From the NCBI GenBank assembly GCA_963829475.1, contig CAWHIU010000002.1:3635-67634 (forward strand): 64,000 nt of DNA, read 5' to 3'. The position numbers and the translations under genes were made by a program. This document shows, one piece after another, positions 44,281 to 54,379 of this stretch; the stretch's first letter is position 1, and every line of letters begins with the position of its first letter. The stretch is from an uncultured Actinomycetes bacterium (lineage in GTDB: Bacteria > Actinomycetota > Acidimicrobiia > IMCC26256 > JANYLB01). A model generated the notes under the pieces. That model did not search any database, was not told the origin of the DNA, and was given only the letters and a program-made list of their open reading frames with translations.

Positions 44281-44629
44281 AGAAGCCGCAGCCGGCACTC
44301 GTGCGGCGATTCACGTTCGTCACTGCGTCCCTCACCTTCGGGTTGTCGACCACCGACTTGTCGGTCTTCACCCGGCGCATCGCGTGGAGGAACACCTGTG
44401 CGTCGGCGCGGATGTCCTTCGGGGCGTTCGCCGCGATCTTCTCGACCATCGTGATCTGCTTGTCGATCGAGGGACGCGGATTCTTCTGGATCGTGTTCTC
44501 GTAGCGGTAGGCCGCTTCGCAGTACGTCCGCGACGGGCGGGGGAGCGATTCCTGGCGACCCGAGCAGGCGCCGAGGAGGAGCGCGGCGCCGACGGTCGCG
44601 GCAACGCACCCGAGAGGACGGAGAGACAC
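44252..44629 (-). CDS. Small lipoprotein in a locally lower-GC patch, lying antisense between the AAA+ and VWA genes.
   Basis: VSLRPLGCVAATVGAALLLGAC|SG is a lipobox. It has 3 further Cys. GTG 44629 was chosen as the start within ORF 44252-44710. Confidence 0.5.
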   Translation of the reverse strand: MSLRPLGCVAATVGAALLLGACSGRQESLPRPSRTYCEAAYRYENTIQKNPRPSIDKQITMVEKIAANAPKDIRADAQVFLHAMRRVKTDKSVVDNPKVRDAVTNVNRRTSAGCGFFKQDGDAGI

Positions 44630-44712
44630 GTCGGCAGTCTGCCTCGGCCCGGGAGGCCAACAGGAGTCGGGCGGTACGATCGCGACATGTGGAGCGAGCG
44701 GAACCAACACTG

Positions 44713-46717
44713 ATGTCGCCGAGGCGCGGGTTCCAGTACTCCCGGTGGGATGGCACCCAGGTCGGCTTCGACGTCGATGCCGACGCCCTCCTCTCGGAGA
44801 TGGCCGACGACCTCCTCTACCACGGTGATCTGAACGCGGCGCTGCGGCGCATGCTCCAGCAGGGGTTCAAGGACCGCAACGGCGAAGAGCTGATGGGTCT
44901 GCGCGACATGGTCGAGCGCCTGAAGCAACGTCGTCGCGAGGAGCTCGAGTCGCGCGATCTCGGCGGCGTGTACGACGACGTCGCCGAGAAGCTCAACGAC
45001 ATCGTCGACCAGGAACGCGCGGGGATCGAGCGCAAGACCGATGAAGCCCGACTCTCGGGCGATCAGCGGCGTCAGGAGATCGTCGAGGATCTCGCCGATG
45101 CCAAGAACATGGAGCTCGAGATGCTCCCGCCCGATCTCGCGGGCAAGGTGCAGTCGCTCCAGGAATACGAGTTCATGGACGACGACGCTCGGCATGCGTT
45201 CGAGGAGCTGATGGACGAGCTGCGCAGCCAGCTCATGCAGAGCTACTTCAACCAGATGTCGGAGGGCATGCGCAACGTCACGCCCGAGCAGATGGCGCGC
45301 ATGAAGGACATGCTCGCCGAGCTCAACCAGATGCTCGAACAGCGTGAGCGCGGCGAGGAGCCCGACTTCGACGGCTTCATGGATCGCTTCGGCGACTTCT
45401 TCCCCGACAACCCGAAGAACCTCGACGAGCTTCTCGAGCAGATGGCGCGCTCGATGGCCCAGATGCAGTCGATGCTCAACTCGATGACCCCTGAGCAGCG
45501 CGCGCAGCTCCAGGGTCTCGCGCAGTCGTTGCTCGACGACATGGACTTTCGCTGGCAGGTCGACGAGCTCGGCGAGGAACCTCCAGAACGCGTTCCCCGA
45601 CATGCCGTGGAACCAGCAGATGAACTTCCAGGGCGACAACCCGATGCAGTTCTCGCAGATGGCGGGGATGCTCGAGATGATGGGCGATCTCGACCAGCTC
45701 GAGAACCTGCTGCAGTCGGCGACCCAGCCCGGCCAGCTCGCCGAGGTCGACATCGACCAGGCGCGTGACCTCCTCGGCGACGATGCCGCGCGGTCGCTCG
45801 AACGGCTGAAGGAGCTGGCCAAGATGCTCGAGGAGGCGGGTCTCATCGAGCAGCGCGAGGGGCGACTCGAGCTGACCCCGCGAGGCGTCCGTGCCCTCGG
45901 ACAACGCGCGCTCGCCGACCTCTACCGCAAGCTGATGAAGGACAAGGCCGGCCGCCACGACGTCGAGCGGGTCGGGATCGGCAACGAGCGGACCTACGAG
46001 CACAAGCCCTACGAGTTCGGTGATCCGTTCCATCTGAACGTCGAACAGACGTTGAAGAACGCGATCTGGCGCAGCGGCGCGGGAACGCCCGTCCGACTCA
46101 CGCCCGAAGACTTCGAGGTCGAGCGGACGGAGGTGGTCACCCGGTCGGCGACGGTCTTGCTCCTCGACGTGTCGCTCTCGATGCCCATGCGTGGCAACTT
46201 CCTCCCGGCCAAGAAGGTCGCGATGGCGCTCCACTCGCTCATCACGACCCAGTTCCCCCGCGATTTCTTCGGCCTCGTGAGCTTCGGGCGCGTGCGCGCG
46301 CGAGGTGAGGCCGGCGCTCCTGCCCGAGATGAGCTGGGACTTCGATTGGGGCACGAACATGCAGCACGCGATGCTGCTGGCCCGCCGGATGCTCGCCCGC
46401 GAGACCGGCACGAAGCAGATCATCATGGTCACCGACGGCGAGCCCACTGCCCACATCGAGGGGGCGAGACGCGGTGTTCGCCTACCCGCCGTCTCCGGCC
46501 ACGATCCGAGGAGACGCTCCGGGAAGTCGCGCGATGCACCAAGGACGGCATCCGGATCAACACCTTCATGCTCGACGAGAGCTACTACCTGCGTGACTTC
46601 GTCGAGCAGATGATGCGGGTCAACCGCGGCCGCGCCTTCTTCACGACCCCCGACACCCTCGGCGACTACGTGCTCGTCGACTTCCTCGAGCACAAACGGG
46701 TCAATCGCGCGTCCTGA
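44713..46717 (+). pseudogene. VWA-domain protein with a long coiled-coil/helical N-terminal region, the partner of the AAA+ gene. It has 3 frame interruptions.
   Basis: MSPRRGFQYSRWDG... at the N-terminus. The MIDAS-type LLLDVSLSM is in ORF 45602-46717. IIMVTDGEPT is in ORF 46305-46613. The C-terminal piece is INTFMLDESYYLRDFVEQM. Confidence 0.7.
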
Positions 46718-46825
46718 TGGTCGACTCCGGCTGCGTCGCCTCGATCGCTCACCGGCGCTCGGCGGTTCCGTCGACGCCGGCTCGTCCTGGTCGACTCCGG
46801 CGCTCCGCGCTCTCCTGCTGAGGCC
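46716..46825 (+). repeat. Solo (~1.3 unit) copy of the 87-bp repeat family, starting at the VWA stop codon.
   Basis: GGTCGACTCCGGCTGCGTCGCCTCGATCGCTCACCGG matches GGGTCGAATCCGGCTGCGCCGCCTCGACCGCTCACCGG of family A, with a few mismatches by eye. Confidence 0.65.
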
Positions 46826-46960
46826 AACTGGTTGCTCAAGGCTGGGCCCGTGGCGCCCGATACCCCATCCGGAGCAGCCGATAGGGCATCGGTGCAGACG
46901 AAGTCTGAAACGGGACGAGTATGGACGTCATCCCGACGGAAATCCGAGACCGCATCAAGT

Positions 46961-48467
46961 ATGAGGCTCGGGTCGCCGGGCCTGGGAGAGGGCACGGCCT
47001 TCTCCATCGAGGCGGTCGAGAAGCGGCGCCTCCAGATCTGGATCGTGGTCGGGGTCCTCGTCGTCGCGCTCAGCGTCGCGTTCGGGATCTCGTCCATCAA
47101 CGGCAACATCGCCGGTGAACGTTGGCTCCAACCCGGCGTGCTCCAGATCGCGCTCGTGGCACTGGCGTTCGGCTTCTGCGTCTACGCGATCGAGAAGGAG
47201 GTCCACCTCCATCGCCTGAGCCGGCTCATCGTCGACGAGCGTGTCCTCAACTCCGCGTTGTCGAAGAGCCTCGTGCAGCATTCCGCGCTCATGGCCGCCG
47301 GTCGCGCGTTGAACTCGGTACTCGATCTCGACGAGGTGCTCGACGTGATCCTCGCGAGCGCGCTCGACATGCTCCGCGCATCCGCGGGGTCGGTGATGTT
47401 GCTCGAAGGTGAGGACGCGCTCCGAGTCGTCGCGGTCCGAGGGAGCGATCTCCCACGCAACGCACGCGTGATGATGGGAACGTCGATCGCGGGCCAGGTC
47501 GCGCGCACGCGCGAGCCGGTCATCTTGAACGGACCGGTCGACGAGGAGCGGCAACCGGGTCGCTAGGAGCGCGCCGAAGCGCCCGACAGTGCGATGTGCG
47601 TCCCGCTCCAGCACCGCGGCCATCTGCTCGGCGTGCTGAACGTGAGCGCGTCGGGAAGTCGCACGTTCGACGAGTACGACCTGCAGCTGCTCTCGCCTCT
47701 TCGCCGAGCCGGTCGCCGCCGCGATCGCCAAGGCCGGTCTGTACGAGGCCGAACACGCTCACGTGCGGAGCTGCTCGAGGCCGGCCGGCAGACGTCGCAG
47801 TTCGTCGCGTCGGTCAGTCACGAGCTCCGGACGCCCATCACGTCGATCCGTGGTGCGATCGCCGCGTCGCGCATCGCGACGGAGGTCGAGCAGCGGGCCG
47901 AGCTGCTCGACGTGATGGAGCGTCAGGCGCTGCGGCTCGCGCACATGGTCGAGGAGATGCTCACGGCGGCCAAGCTCGAGCGCAGCGACTCGATGCCGCT
48001 CCTCCGCCGGGTCGACATCTCGGCATTGATCCGGATGTCGGCGCTCGACTCGCAGGTGGCGGGGCGTCCCGTCGAGCTGGAGGTGCCCGAGCACTGCGAG
48101 GTACGCGCCGATCCCGGAGTCGTTGCGACGGATCATCGGCAACCTCGTGGAGAACGCCCACAAGTACGGCACGATGCCGATCCGGATCGTGCTCGACCAC
48201 GACGCCGACCAGATCGTGCTCTCGGTGATCGACGCCGGGCCGGGTGTTCCGCCGGCCGAGCGCGAGAAGATCTTCGACCGCTTCTACCGGTCCGACACGA
48301 ACGGCGAGAAGCCGGGTGTCGGTCTCGGTCTCCCGATCGTCCGGGGACTCGCGGAGGCGTGTGGCGGAACCGTGTGGGTCGAGGACGCGCCCGGGGGCGG
48401 AGCCGCATTCCGCGTCACCTTGCGGACGCGAGTCATGGATGAGCAGGAGGTTGCCAGTGTCGGGTAA
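46961..48467 (+). pseudogene. Membrane GAF-domain sensor histidine kinase, with about 4 frame interruptions.
   Basis: Two TM segments are followed by a GAF-like region (LDLDEVLDVILASALDML...SIAGQVARTREPVILN; CVPLQHRGHLLGVLNV). SVSHELRTPITSI is the H-box. NLVENAHKYG, DAGPGV and GLGLPIV follow. Confidence 0.75.
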
Positions 48468-48862
48468 GCCGAAGGTCCTCATCGTCGACGACGAGCCCGA
48501 CGTGCTCCTGACGTTCCGCGTCATCCTCGAGGCATCGGGGTTCGACCCTGCGCTCGCGGCCGACGGCGAGACGGCGCTTGCGCCGCATCGACGCCGAGCA
48601 CCCTGATCTCGTCCTTCTCGACATCATGATGCCGGTGCTCGACGGGTGGTTCGTGCTGGCCGAGCTCGCGGGGCGGGCCAAGAAGCCCAAGGTCATCGTG
48701 TGCTCGGCGAAGTCGGCCGAGGTCGACAAGGCGCGCGCCCGGGATCTCGGCGCCGACGCGTACGTGGTCAAGCCTTGGGATCCGACCGCGCTCGTGCAGA
48801 CGATGCGCGACGTCCTCGCGTCGAAGCACGCGCCGGGAATCCCCGAGAACCTGCGCGTCTGA
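48457..48862 (+). pseudogene. Stand-alone receiver (CheY-like) response regulator, with one frame interruption near 48585.
   Basis: GCAGGAGG sits before GTG 48457. Motifs are KVLIVDDEPD, DLVLLDIMMPVLDG and AYVVKPWD. Confidence 0.75.
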
Positions 48863-49080
48863 CCGCCGCGGCCGCAGATGGCCGGCACCGACGCGACTGC
48901 GCCGGGTCGGTGCCCCGAGCCGCCGGGACGCTCCTTCGAAGCCGGGGTTTCCGCTTCAGAATTCGGCGAAAACGGGCGTCAAGCCGCGTAAAACCCCTTG
49001 CGCCTACCGAGCGCACCGATCAGAGTAACAGCGTTGTAATTCCATCGGCGTCATTTCGTCGAAGATTGAGGGGGCGGCCA

Positions 49081-49482
49081 ATGCGCCAGCTCACGCACGA
49101 AGGAAGCCCGCACATGGAACGTCCAGTCGAGCCGAGCGAATCCCTGCGCAAGCCTGCGCAACTCGTGGTGCGCGACCTGCTCGCCGTGGCCACGCCCGCG
49201 GCGCCGGCCGACCCCGATCTCGCCCTCGAGGAGGGGGAGCGTCGCTGGCAGGAGCGAGCCAACTGCCTCGGCGTCGATCCGGATCTCTTCTTCCCCGAGC
49301 GAGGGGCCTCGACCCGGGAGGCGAAGGCCGTCTGCGGGAGCTGCGAGGTGCGGGCCGAGTGCCTCGAGTACGCCCTCGACCACGCGGAGAAGTTCGGGAT
49401 CTGGGGTGGCCTCTCGGAGCGGGAGCGCCGCCGATTGCGCCGCCAACGGGCGCTGGCCCGCAGGAACGCCGCTTCCGCTTGA
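49081..49482 (+). CDS. WhiB-family (Wbl) Fe-S transcription factor with an N-terminal extension.
   Basis: CLGVDPDLFFPERG...AKAVCGSCEVRAECLEYAL...FGIWGGLSERERRRL. Confidence 0.9.
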   Translation: MRQLTHEGSPHMERPVEPSESLRKPAQLVVRDLLAVATPAAPADPDLALEEGERRWQERANCLGVDPDLFFPERGASTREAKAVCGSCEVRAECLEYALDHAEKFGIWGGLSERERRRLRRQRALARRNAASA

Positions 49483-49524
49483 GCCGTCCCGATCCTCCGA
49501 CGCCGTGCACACGGCGTGGGGGTG

Positions 49525-50418
49525 TCAGCGGCCGGCCGATTCGGCCGATTCGGGCGGCCCGGCTTCGCCCGCGGCCCGGGCCATCGCAGCCTCGATCGTG
49601 CGCTCGGCGGCTACGCCGCTCCAGGCACTGAAGGCGGGCGACATCCGGGCCAGCTCATCAGCCGGGAGCAGGCCCACGATCTCCACCCGAACGACGTCCC
49701 GCCCTGCGGCAGCCGCGAGGTCGCGGACCTGTGTGCACGCCGACTCGAGTCCGGTGGCTTCCAGGTCGACGAGGTTCATCGACACCTGCACCCGTCCGAC
49801 GCTCGCCAACGCGAAGCCGAGCGCCCGAACACCGGCGAGCCCACCGTCGCGTTCGCGCACCTGGCGCGCGATCCGTCGCGCGAGATCGAGGTCGGCGGTG
49901 TCGAGCTCGCAGTTCACCGCGATCATCGGCGCGCGGGCACCGACCGCAGTTGCACCGAGGCGGGGATGCGCGTGCGTGGGACCGGCGTCGGGGGGTCGGC
50001 CCGTGAACGCGTCGCGGCGGGTCTCGGGAAGTGACCGTCTCTCGGGGTCGGCCGCGTCGTAGAAGAAGACCGGGATCCCGTGGTTCGATGCCAGCCACGC
50101 ACCGAAGGCACGCGCGGCGTCGACCGCGAGCTGGTCGTCGTCCTGGATCGCGACGAACGGGACGACATCGAGGATCCCGAGTCGAGGATGAACTCCGTCG
50201 GAGTCGGGCCGGTCGAACGGCGCGGCCACGATCGCGTCGGCGAGGCGGCGGGCCCCGAGCTCCGTCTCGGCTGGTGTGGCACCGACGATCGTGAACACGC
50301 TGCGGTCGTGATCGCGGTCGGTGTGCAGGTCGAGCAGCGCGCGACCACAGGCGCGGCCGAGTACGTCGAGCACCTCGGCCCTTCGACCCTCCGAGACGTT
50401 CACGACCGCTTCCAACAC
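49525..50418 (-). CDS. Glutamate formimidoyltransferase (FTCD N-terminal type).
   Basis: LEAVVNVSEGRRAEVLD...LLDLHTDRDHDRSVFTIVG matches the (C)VPNFSEGR...D.DHNR signature. The start was taken at GTG 50418. Confidence 0.7.
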   Translation of the reverse strand: MLEAVVNVSEGRRAEVLDVLGRACGRALLDLHTDRDHDRSVFTIVGATPAETELGARRLADAIVAAPFDRPDSDGVHPRLGILDVVPFVAIQDDDQLAVDAARAFGAWLASNHGIPVFFYDAADPERRSLPETRRDAFTGRPPDAGPTHAHPRLGATAVGARAPMIAVNCELDTADLDLARRIARQVRERDGGLAGVRALGFALASVGRVQVSMNLVDLEATGLESACTQVRDLAAAAGRDVVRVEIVGLLPADELARMSPAFSAWSGVAAERTIEAAMARAAGEAGPPESAESAGR

Positions 50419-50471
50419 GACGATGAGCCTACGAGGACGTCGCGGAACGGGTGGGTAGGTAGGGTGCAGCC

Positions 50472-51501
50472 GTGCGGATCGGATTGGCGTTGCCGCAGTA
50501 CGACTACTCGCTCTCCGGTGAGTCACCGCTGTCGTGGGAGTCGGTGCTCACCTATGCCGCGACCGCCGACGCGTCGGGATTCGACTCCGTGTGGCTGTCC
50601 GACCATCTGTCGTTCGACATCGGCAAGTACGGCGGGAGCTCCGAACCGCGTGCCGCGTTCGAGCCGTTGGTCACGCTCGCCGCACTGGCGCGCACGTTCC
50701 CGCGACTCCGGATCGGCACGCTCGTGCTGTGCGAGGCGATGCGCCCGGCATCGGTCTTGGCCAAGGGCCTGGTCACGCTCGACCGCATCAGCAACGGTCG
50801 CCTCGACGTCGGGATCGGCGCGGGCTGGTACCGGCCCGACTACGAGGCGATCGGGATGACGCTGCCCTCGCCGGGCGAACGCATCGCCCGGATCGGTGAA
50901 GCGGTCGACGTCCTCCGAGGCATGCTCGACGCCGATGCCGACACGCACCCGGTCACCGTCGACGGGCGGTTCCATCGCGCCGCCGGCGCGACGAGTCTTC
51001 CGCCCGCCGTGCAGCGACCCCGGCCCCCGTTGTTCATCGGCGGCAAGGGCGACCGCCTCCTCCGACTCGTCGCCGAGCGCGCCGACGGATGGAACACGTG
51101 CTGGGTGTGGACCGTCGCCGCGTACCGTGAACGTCTCGCGGTGCTCGAGCGCGAGTGCGCGCCGCGTCGGCCGTGACATCGACACGGTGTGGCGATCCCT
51201 CGGTCTCTACGCCCTGTGTGGTGAAGACGAACGTGACCTCGCCCGCCGGTTCGCCCGCCTCCGTCAGCAGAACCCGGGTGTTCTCGACGCCACGACGCTC
51301 GACGAGTGGCGGGTGGGCCGCCTGGTCGGCACCGTCGACGAGGTCAGGGACCAGGCCGCCGCTTGGATGGATCTGGGAGTCGAGACGCTCATCCTCGGGG
51401 TCGGTGCGGTTCCCTTCGCAGCCTCCGGGACCGACGACGTCGCCCTCCTCGCCCACGCGCTCCAACCGCTCCGGTCCGGCGTGGCGCCGAGGCCCGTATA
51501 A
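50472..51501 (+). pseudogene. Luciferase-like (LLM, probably F420-dependent) oxidoreductase, with one frame interruption near 51165.
   Basis: MRIGLALPQ..., FDSVWLSDHL, LGTLVLC and LDVGIGAGW. The C-terminal half is in ORF 50896-51501. Confidence 0.65.
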
Positions 51502-51533
51502 CCTGGGTCACAGTCCTTCGGAAAGGTCGTCCC

Positions 51534-51716
51534 ATGAATCTGGGCCCCACCGAGTTGATCATCATCCTGGTGATCGTCCTCCTGGTCTTCGGCGGAAGTC
51601 AGCTCCCCAAGCTCGCTCGTTCTCTCGGCCAGGCTTCGAAGGAGTTCAAGACCGGTACCGAGGAAGGTGCGAAGAGCGCCGACGGTGACGGCGCCGACGA
51701 CACCAAGGCCAAGTAG
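51534..51716 (+). CDS. tatA: Twin-arginine translocase subunit TatA/E.
   Basis: MNLGPTELIIILVIVLLVFGGSQLPKLARSLGQASKEFK, 60 aa. Confidence 0.9.
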   Translation: MNLGPTELIIILVIVLLVFGGSQLPKLARSLGQASKEFKTGTEEGAKSADGDGADDTKAK

Positions 51717-51786
51717 CCGCCACCGGTCCTCTGTCCCGAGCCCTGGCCGCGGTTCACCCTTCCAGCGTCGCCTTCTCGCCGGTCCG

Positions 51787-51813
51787 GGAACCGCACCGCC
51801 ATCTCCGGTCGTT
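51787..51813 (+). promoter_or_regulatory. ECF (SigE-type) promoter GGAAC-N18-CGTT directly upstream of sigE (autoregulatory candidate).
   Basis: GGAAC is at 51787-51791 and CGTT at 51810-51813. ATG 51821 lies 8 nt downstream, so the mRNA may be leaderless or short-leadered. Confidence 0.55.
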
Positions 51814-51820
51814 GTGTCTG

Positions 51821-52330
51821 ATGCCTGACGGTGTCCCCACCTGGGAGGAGATCGCCCGCGACCACGGGCGGTTCCTCTATCGCGTGGCGTTCCGCCTCAC
51901 GGGCAACGACGACGACGCACAGGATCTCGTGCAGGAAGCGCTCATCCGCGTGCATCGCGGGCTCGAGCACTACCAACCGGGGTCCCTCGAAGGATGGTTG
52001 GCGCGGATCGTGACGAACGTGTTCCTCGACGAGGTCCGCCGCAAGCGTCGACGTCCGACCAACGCGCTCCCGGCCGACCCCGAGCGCGTCCTGCCGCCAT
52101 CACCCGGCGCCGACGAGGTGACCACCGTGCTCTCGAGCGACGTGCAGGCCGCGCTCGATGCGCTACCCGCCGAGTTCCGGGTGCCGGTGGTGCTCTGCGA
52201 CGTCGCCGATCTCGCGTACGACGACATCGCGAACACACTCGGCGTACCGGTCGGCACCGTGCGCTCGCGCATCCACCGCGGCCGCAAGCTTCTGCGCGCG
52301 TCACTCACCGGGGGAGGCTGGGACCAATGA
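51821..52330 (+). CDS. sigE: ECF RNA polymerase sigma factor (SigE-like).
   Basis: The region 2 motif is DDDAQDLVQEALIRV. Region 4 is PVVLCDVADLAYDDIANTLGVPVGTVRSRIHRGRKLL. The neighbourhood is anti-sigma plus htrA. The ORF track starts at 51812. Confidence 0.75.
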   Translation: MPDGVPTWEEIARDHGRFLYRVAFRLTGNDDDAQDLVQEALIRVHRGLEHYQPGSLEGWLARIVTNVFLDEVRRKRRRPTNALPADPERVLPPSPGADEVTTVLSSDVQAALDALPAEFRVPVVLCDVADLAYDDIANTLGVPVGTVRSRIHRGRKLLRASLTGGGWDQ

Positions 52331-52796
52331 GTGCGCGCGGCGTGACCGACGAGGTGCTCTCGGCCTACCTCGACGACGAGGTGACGGCGGGGGAGCGGCA
52401 GTCGGTGGAGGACGCGCTCGCGTCCTCGGTCGACGTGCAGGAGCGGCTCGCCCGACTGCGAGAGACGCGCGACGCGGTCCGACACCTCGACGATCCGGGT
52501 CTGCCCGAGGGCTTCCTGGTCGAGCTCGAGCACGCGGTCACCGCGGACGCGCCGGCATCTGTCGCCGCCCTGACTTCGCCGGCCCCTCGCGGTGGACGCA
52601 CCGTGGCCTCGTGTGGTTGGCCGGCGGGGTCGCCGCGGCTGCGATCGTGGCTGCGCTCGTGATTCCCGCGACCAACCGCATCAATCCATCGGTGCGGGCG
52701 CGGATCGAGACCCACGTCGCACGCGCGTCGGTGGGTGACGATCCGGTCAGCGAGTTGGCGCCGCTCGCGGTTGCCGGCGGTGGGCTGCACCGGTGA
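52327..52796 (+). pseudogene. Anti-sigma factor (RseA-like, single TM), with one frame interruption near 52590.
   Basis: ATGA overlaps the sigE stop. The N-terminus DEVLSAYLDDEVTAGERQSVEDAL is typical of anti-sigma N-terminal domains. The TM segment LVWLAGGVAAAAIVAALVI is in ORF 52158-52796. Confidence 0.6.
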
Positions 52797-53864
52797 GGAG
52801 CCCTCTGGCAAGCCGTCGGGCCGCCGGGCTGCTCGGATCGTTGTTCGTCGGCGCGCTTCTCGTCGGGTCGTCGCTCGCGGGTGGGCTCGTCACGTCGTCA
52901 TTCGGAGCATCCGATGCCCGCAGCGGCGCCGCGCTGCTCGCCCGGGCCCGGGAGGCGGCGACCGGGTACGACTTCACCGGCGTGGTCGTGGTCGGGTGGC
53001 GCGCCGATGGTCGGCTCCGCGAGGTCCGGGTGCCGGTCCGCGAAGCCGATGGCGTCCTGCGCGTCGGTACCACGCGCACAGTGATCGGCGTGGGTGACGA
53101 TCGACTCATGGGGACGAACGGCGACTGGGAGCGCCTGTGGGGTGACTACCGCGGGATCGGGCTCGCATGGAGTCGCAGTCGTGGACCCCGGTCGGAAGTA
53201 CACGCTCACGGTGAGCGTCGGTCCGCGGGTCGCCGGCCGCACCACCACCCTCGTCGACGCCCGCCGGGGTCGACGTGTGGTCGAGCGGTTCGCCGTCGAC
53301 GACGCCACCGGTCTCCTGCTCCGCCGTGAGCAGCTCGCCGGCAACGGCCATGGCCGCGGCAACGACCGCGTCGAGCGGACGGTGACGTTCACGAAGATCA
53401 GCAATCCGGTCGTGACTGCTTCGGCGCCGAAGGCGTCCACTCCTCGGGCCGAGGGGAAGTCGCCGCGCCAGATCTCACGCGTTCCTTCGGGGTTCGCCGC
53501 GCCGAACCGGCTCGGCGTCGGGTTCCAGCTCACCAGTCGGTACCGCAGTGCCGACGCGAGCGTGCAGCTCTTCTACAGCGACGGCATCTACGCGGCGTCG
53601 GTGTTCGAACAGGCGGGCGCGCTGGATCGAGGCGATCTCCCCGCCGACGCGACATCCGCGGATCTCGGAGGCCATCCGGTCGAGCGCTACACGACGTCGA
53701 GCGGAACGGTCGTGGTGTGGGAGGGCGACGACCACGTGTACACGCTCGTCAGCGACGCGCCCGAGCTCGACCTCGGCGCGATGATCACGGATCTCCCGGC
53801 CGCATCGGCTGGCGACACACCGGAGCAGGTGGCCAAGTTCGTCCTCGCGCCGTTCCACTGGTGA
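52793..53864 (+). pseudogene. MucB/RseB-like sigma-E regulatory protein, with one frame interruption near 53150.
   Basis: GTGA overlaps the anti-sigma stop. It has a signal-like N-terminus. The C-terminal part reads VQLFYSDGIYAASVFEQAG...VVWEGDDHVYTLVSDAP. Confidence 0.45.
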
Positions 53865-53896
53865 CCGCGGCGCAGGTGAGCTTCGCGACGCTCGAC

Positions 53897-54187
53897 TCAG
53901 CGCGCGGGTGCGAGGCCCCGGCGACGGCGCAGGATTCGGCGACGCTCGCGCTCCGAGGCACCGCCCCAGACGCCGTGGTCGATGCGGTTCTCGAGCGCGT
54001 ACTCGAGGCACTCGAGCCGGACGGGGCACTGCTGGCACTCGCGCTGGGCGACTTCCACGCCGATGCCGTCGGAGGGGAAGAACGTTCCCGGCGGCAGCTG
54101 ACGGCAGCGGGCCGTCAGCATCCACTCGTGCTCGGCGTCGTACTCGGGTTCCATGTCGGCGCCGTTGCCGGCATCGTCAGTTCTCAT
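53897..54187 (-). CDS. WhiB-family (Wbl) transcription factor.
   Basis: ARCRQLPPGTFFP...AQRECQQCPVRLECLEYAL...GVWGGASERERRRI. Confidence 0.9.
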   Translation of the reverse strand: MRTDDAGNGADMEPEYDAEHEWMLTARCRQLPPGTFFPSDGIGVEVAQRECQQCPVRLECLEYALENRIDHGVWGGASERERRRILRRRRGLAPAR

Positions 54188-54319
54188 GTGGGGCCGCTCC
54201 TGGCTGGGTGCCGGGTCCCACTAGCCTCGAAAGGACCCGGTTCGCTCGGTGCAACGCTGATTCTCGCGGCTCCGGTTCCCGATGCTCGGAAAGTTCCTCA
54301 GGGAACTCTCAGTGCCGGG

Positions 54320-54345
54320 GGAACGGGCCATACAACCCGGGCGTT
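54320..54345 (+). promoter_or_regulatory. ECF (SigE-type) promoter GGAAC-N17-CGTT upstream of htrA.
   Basis: GGAAC is at 54320-54324 and CGTT at 54342-54345. This is the same motif as the one before sigE, about 40 nt upstream of the htrA start region. Confidence 0.55.
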
Positions 54346-54379
54346 CACGTGAGGATCACGAGTAGACGCAGCGCGGACC

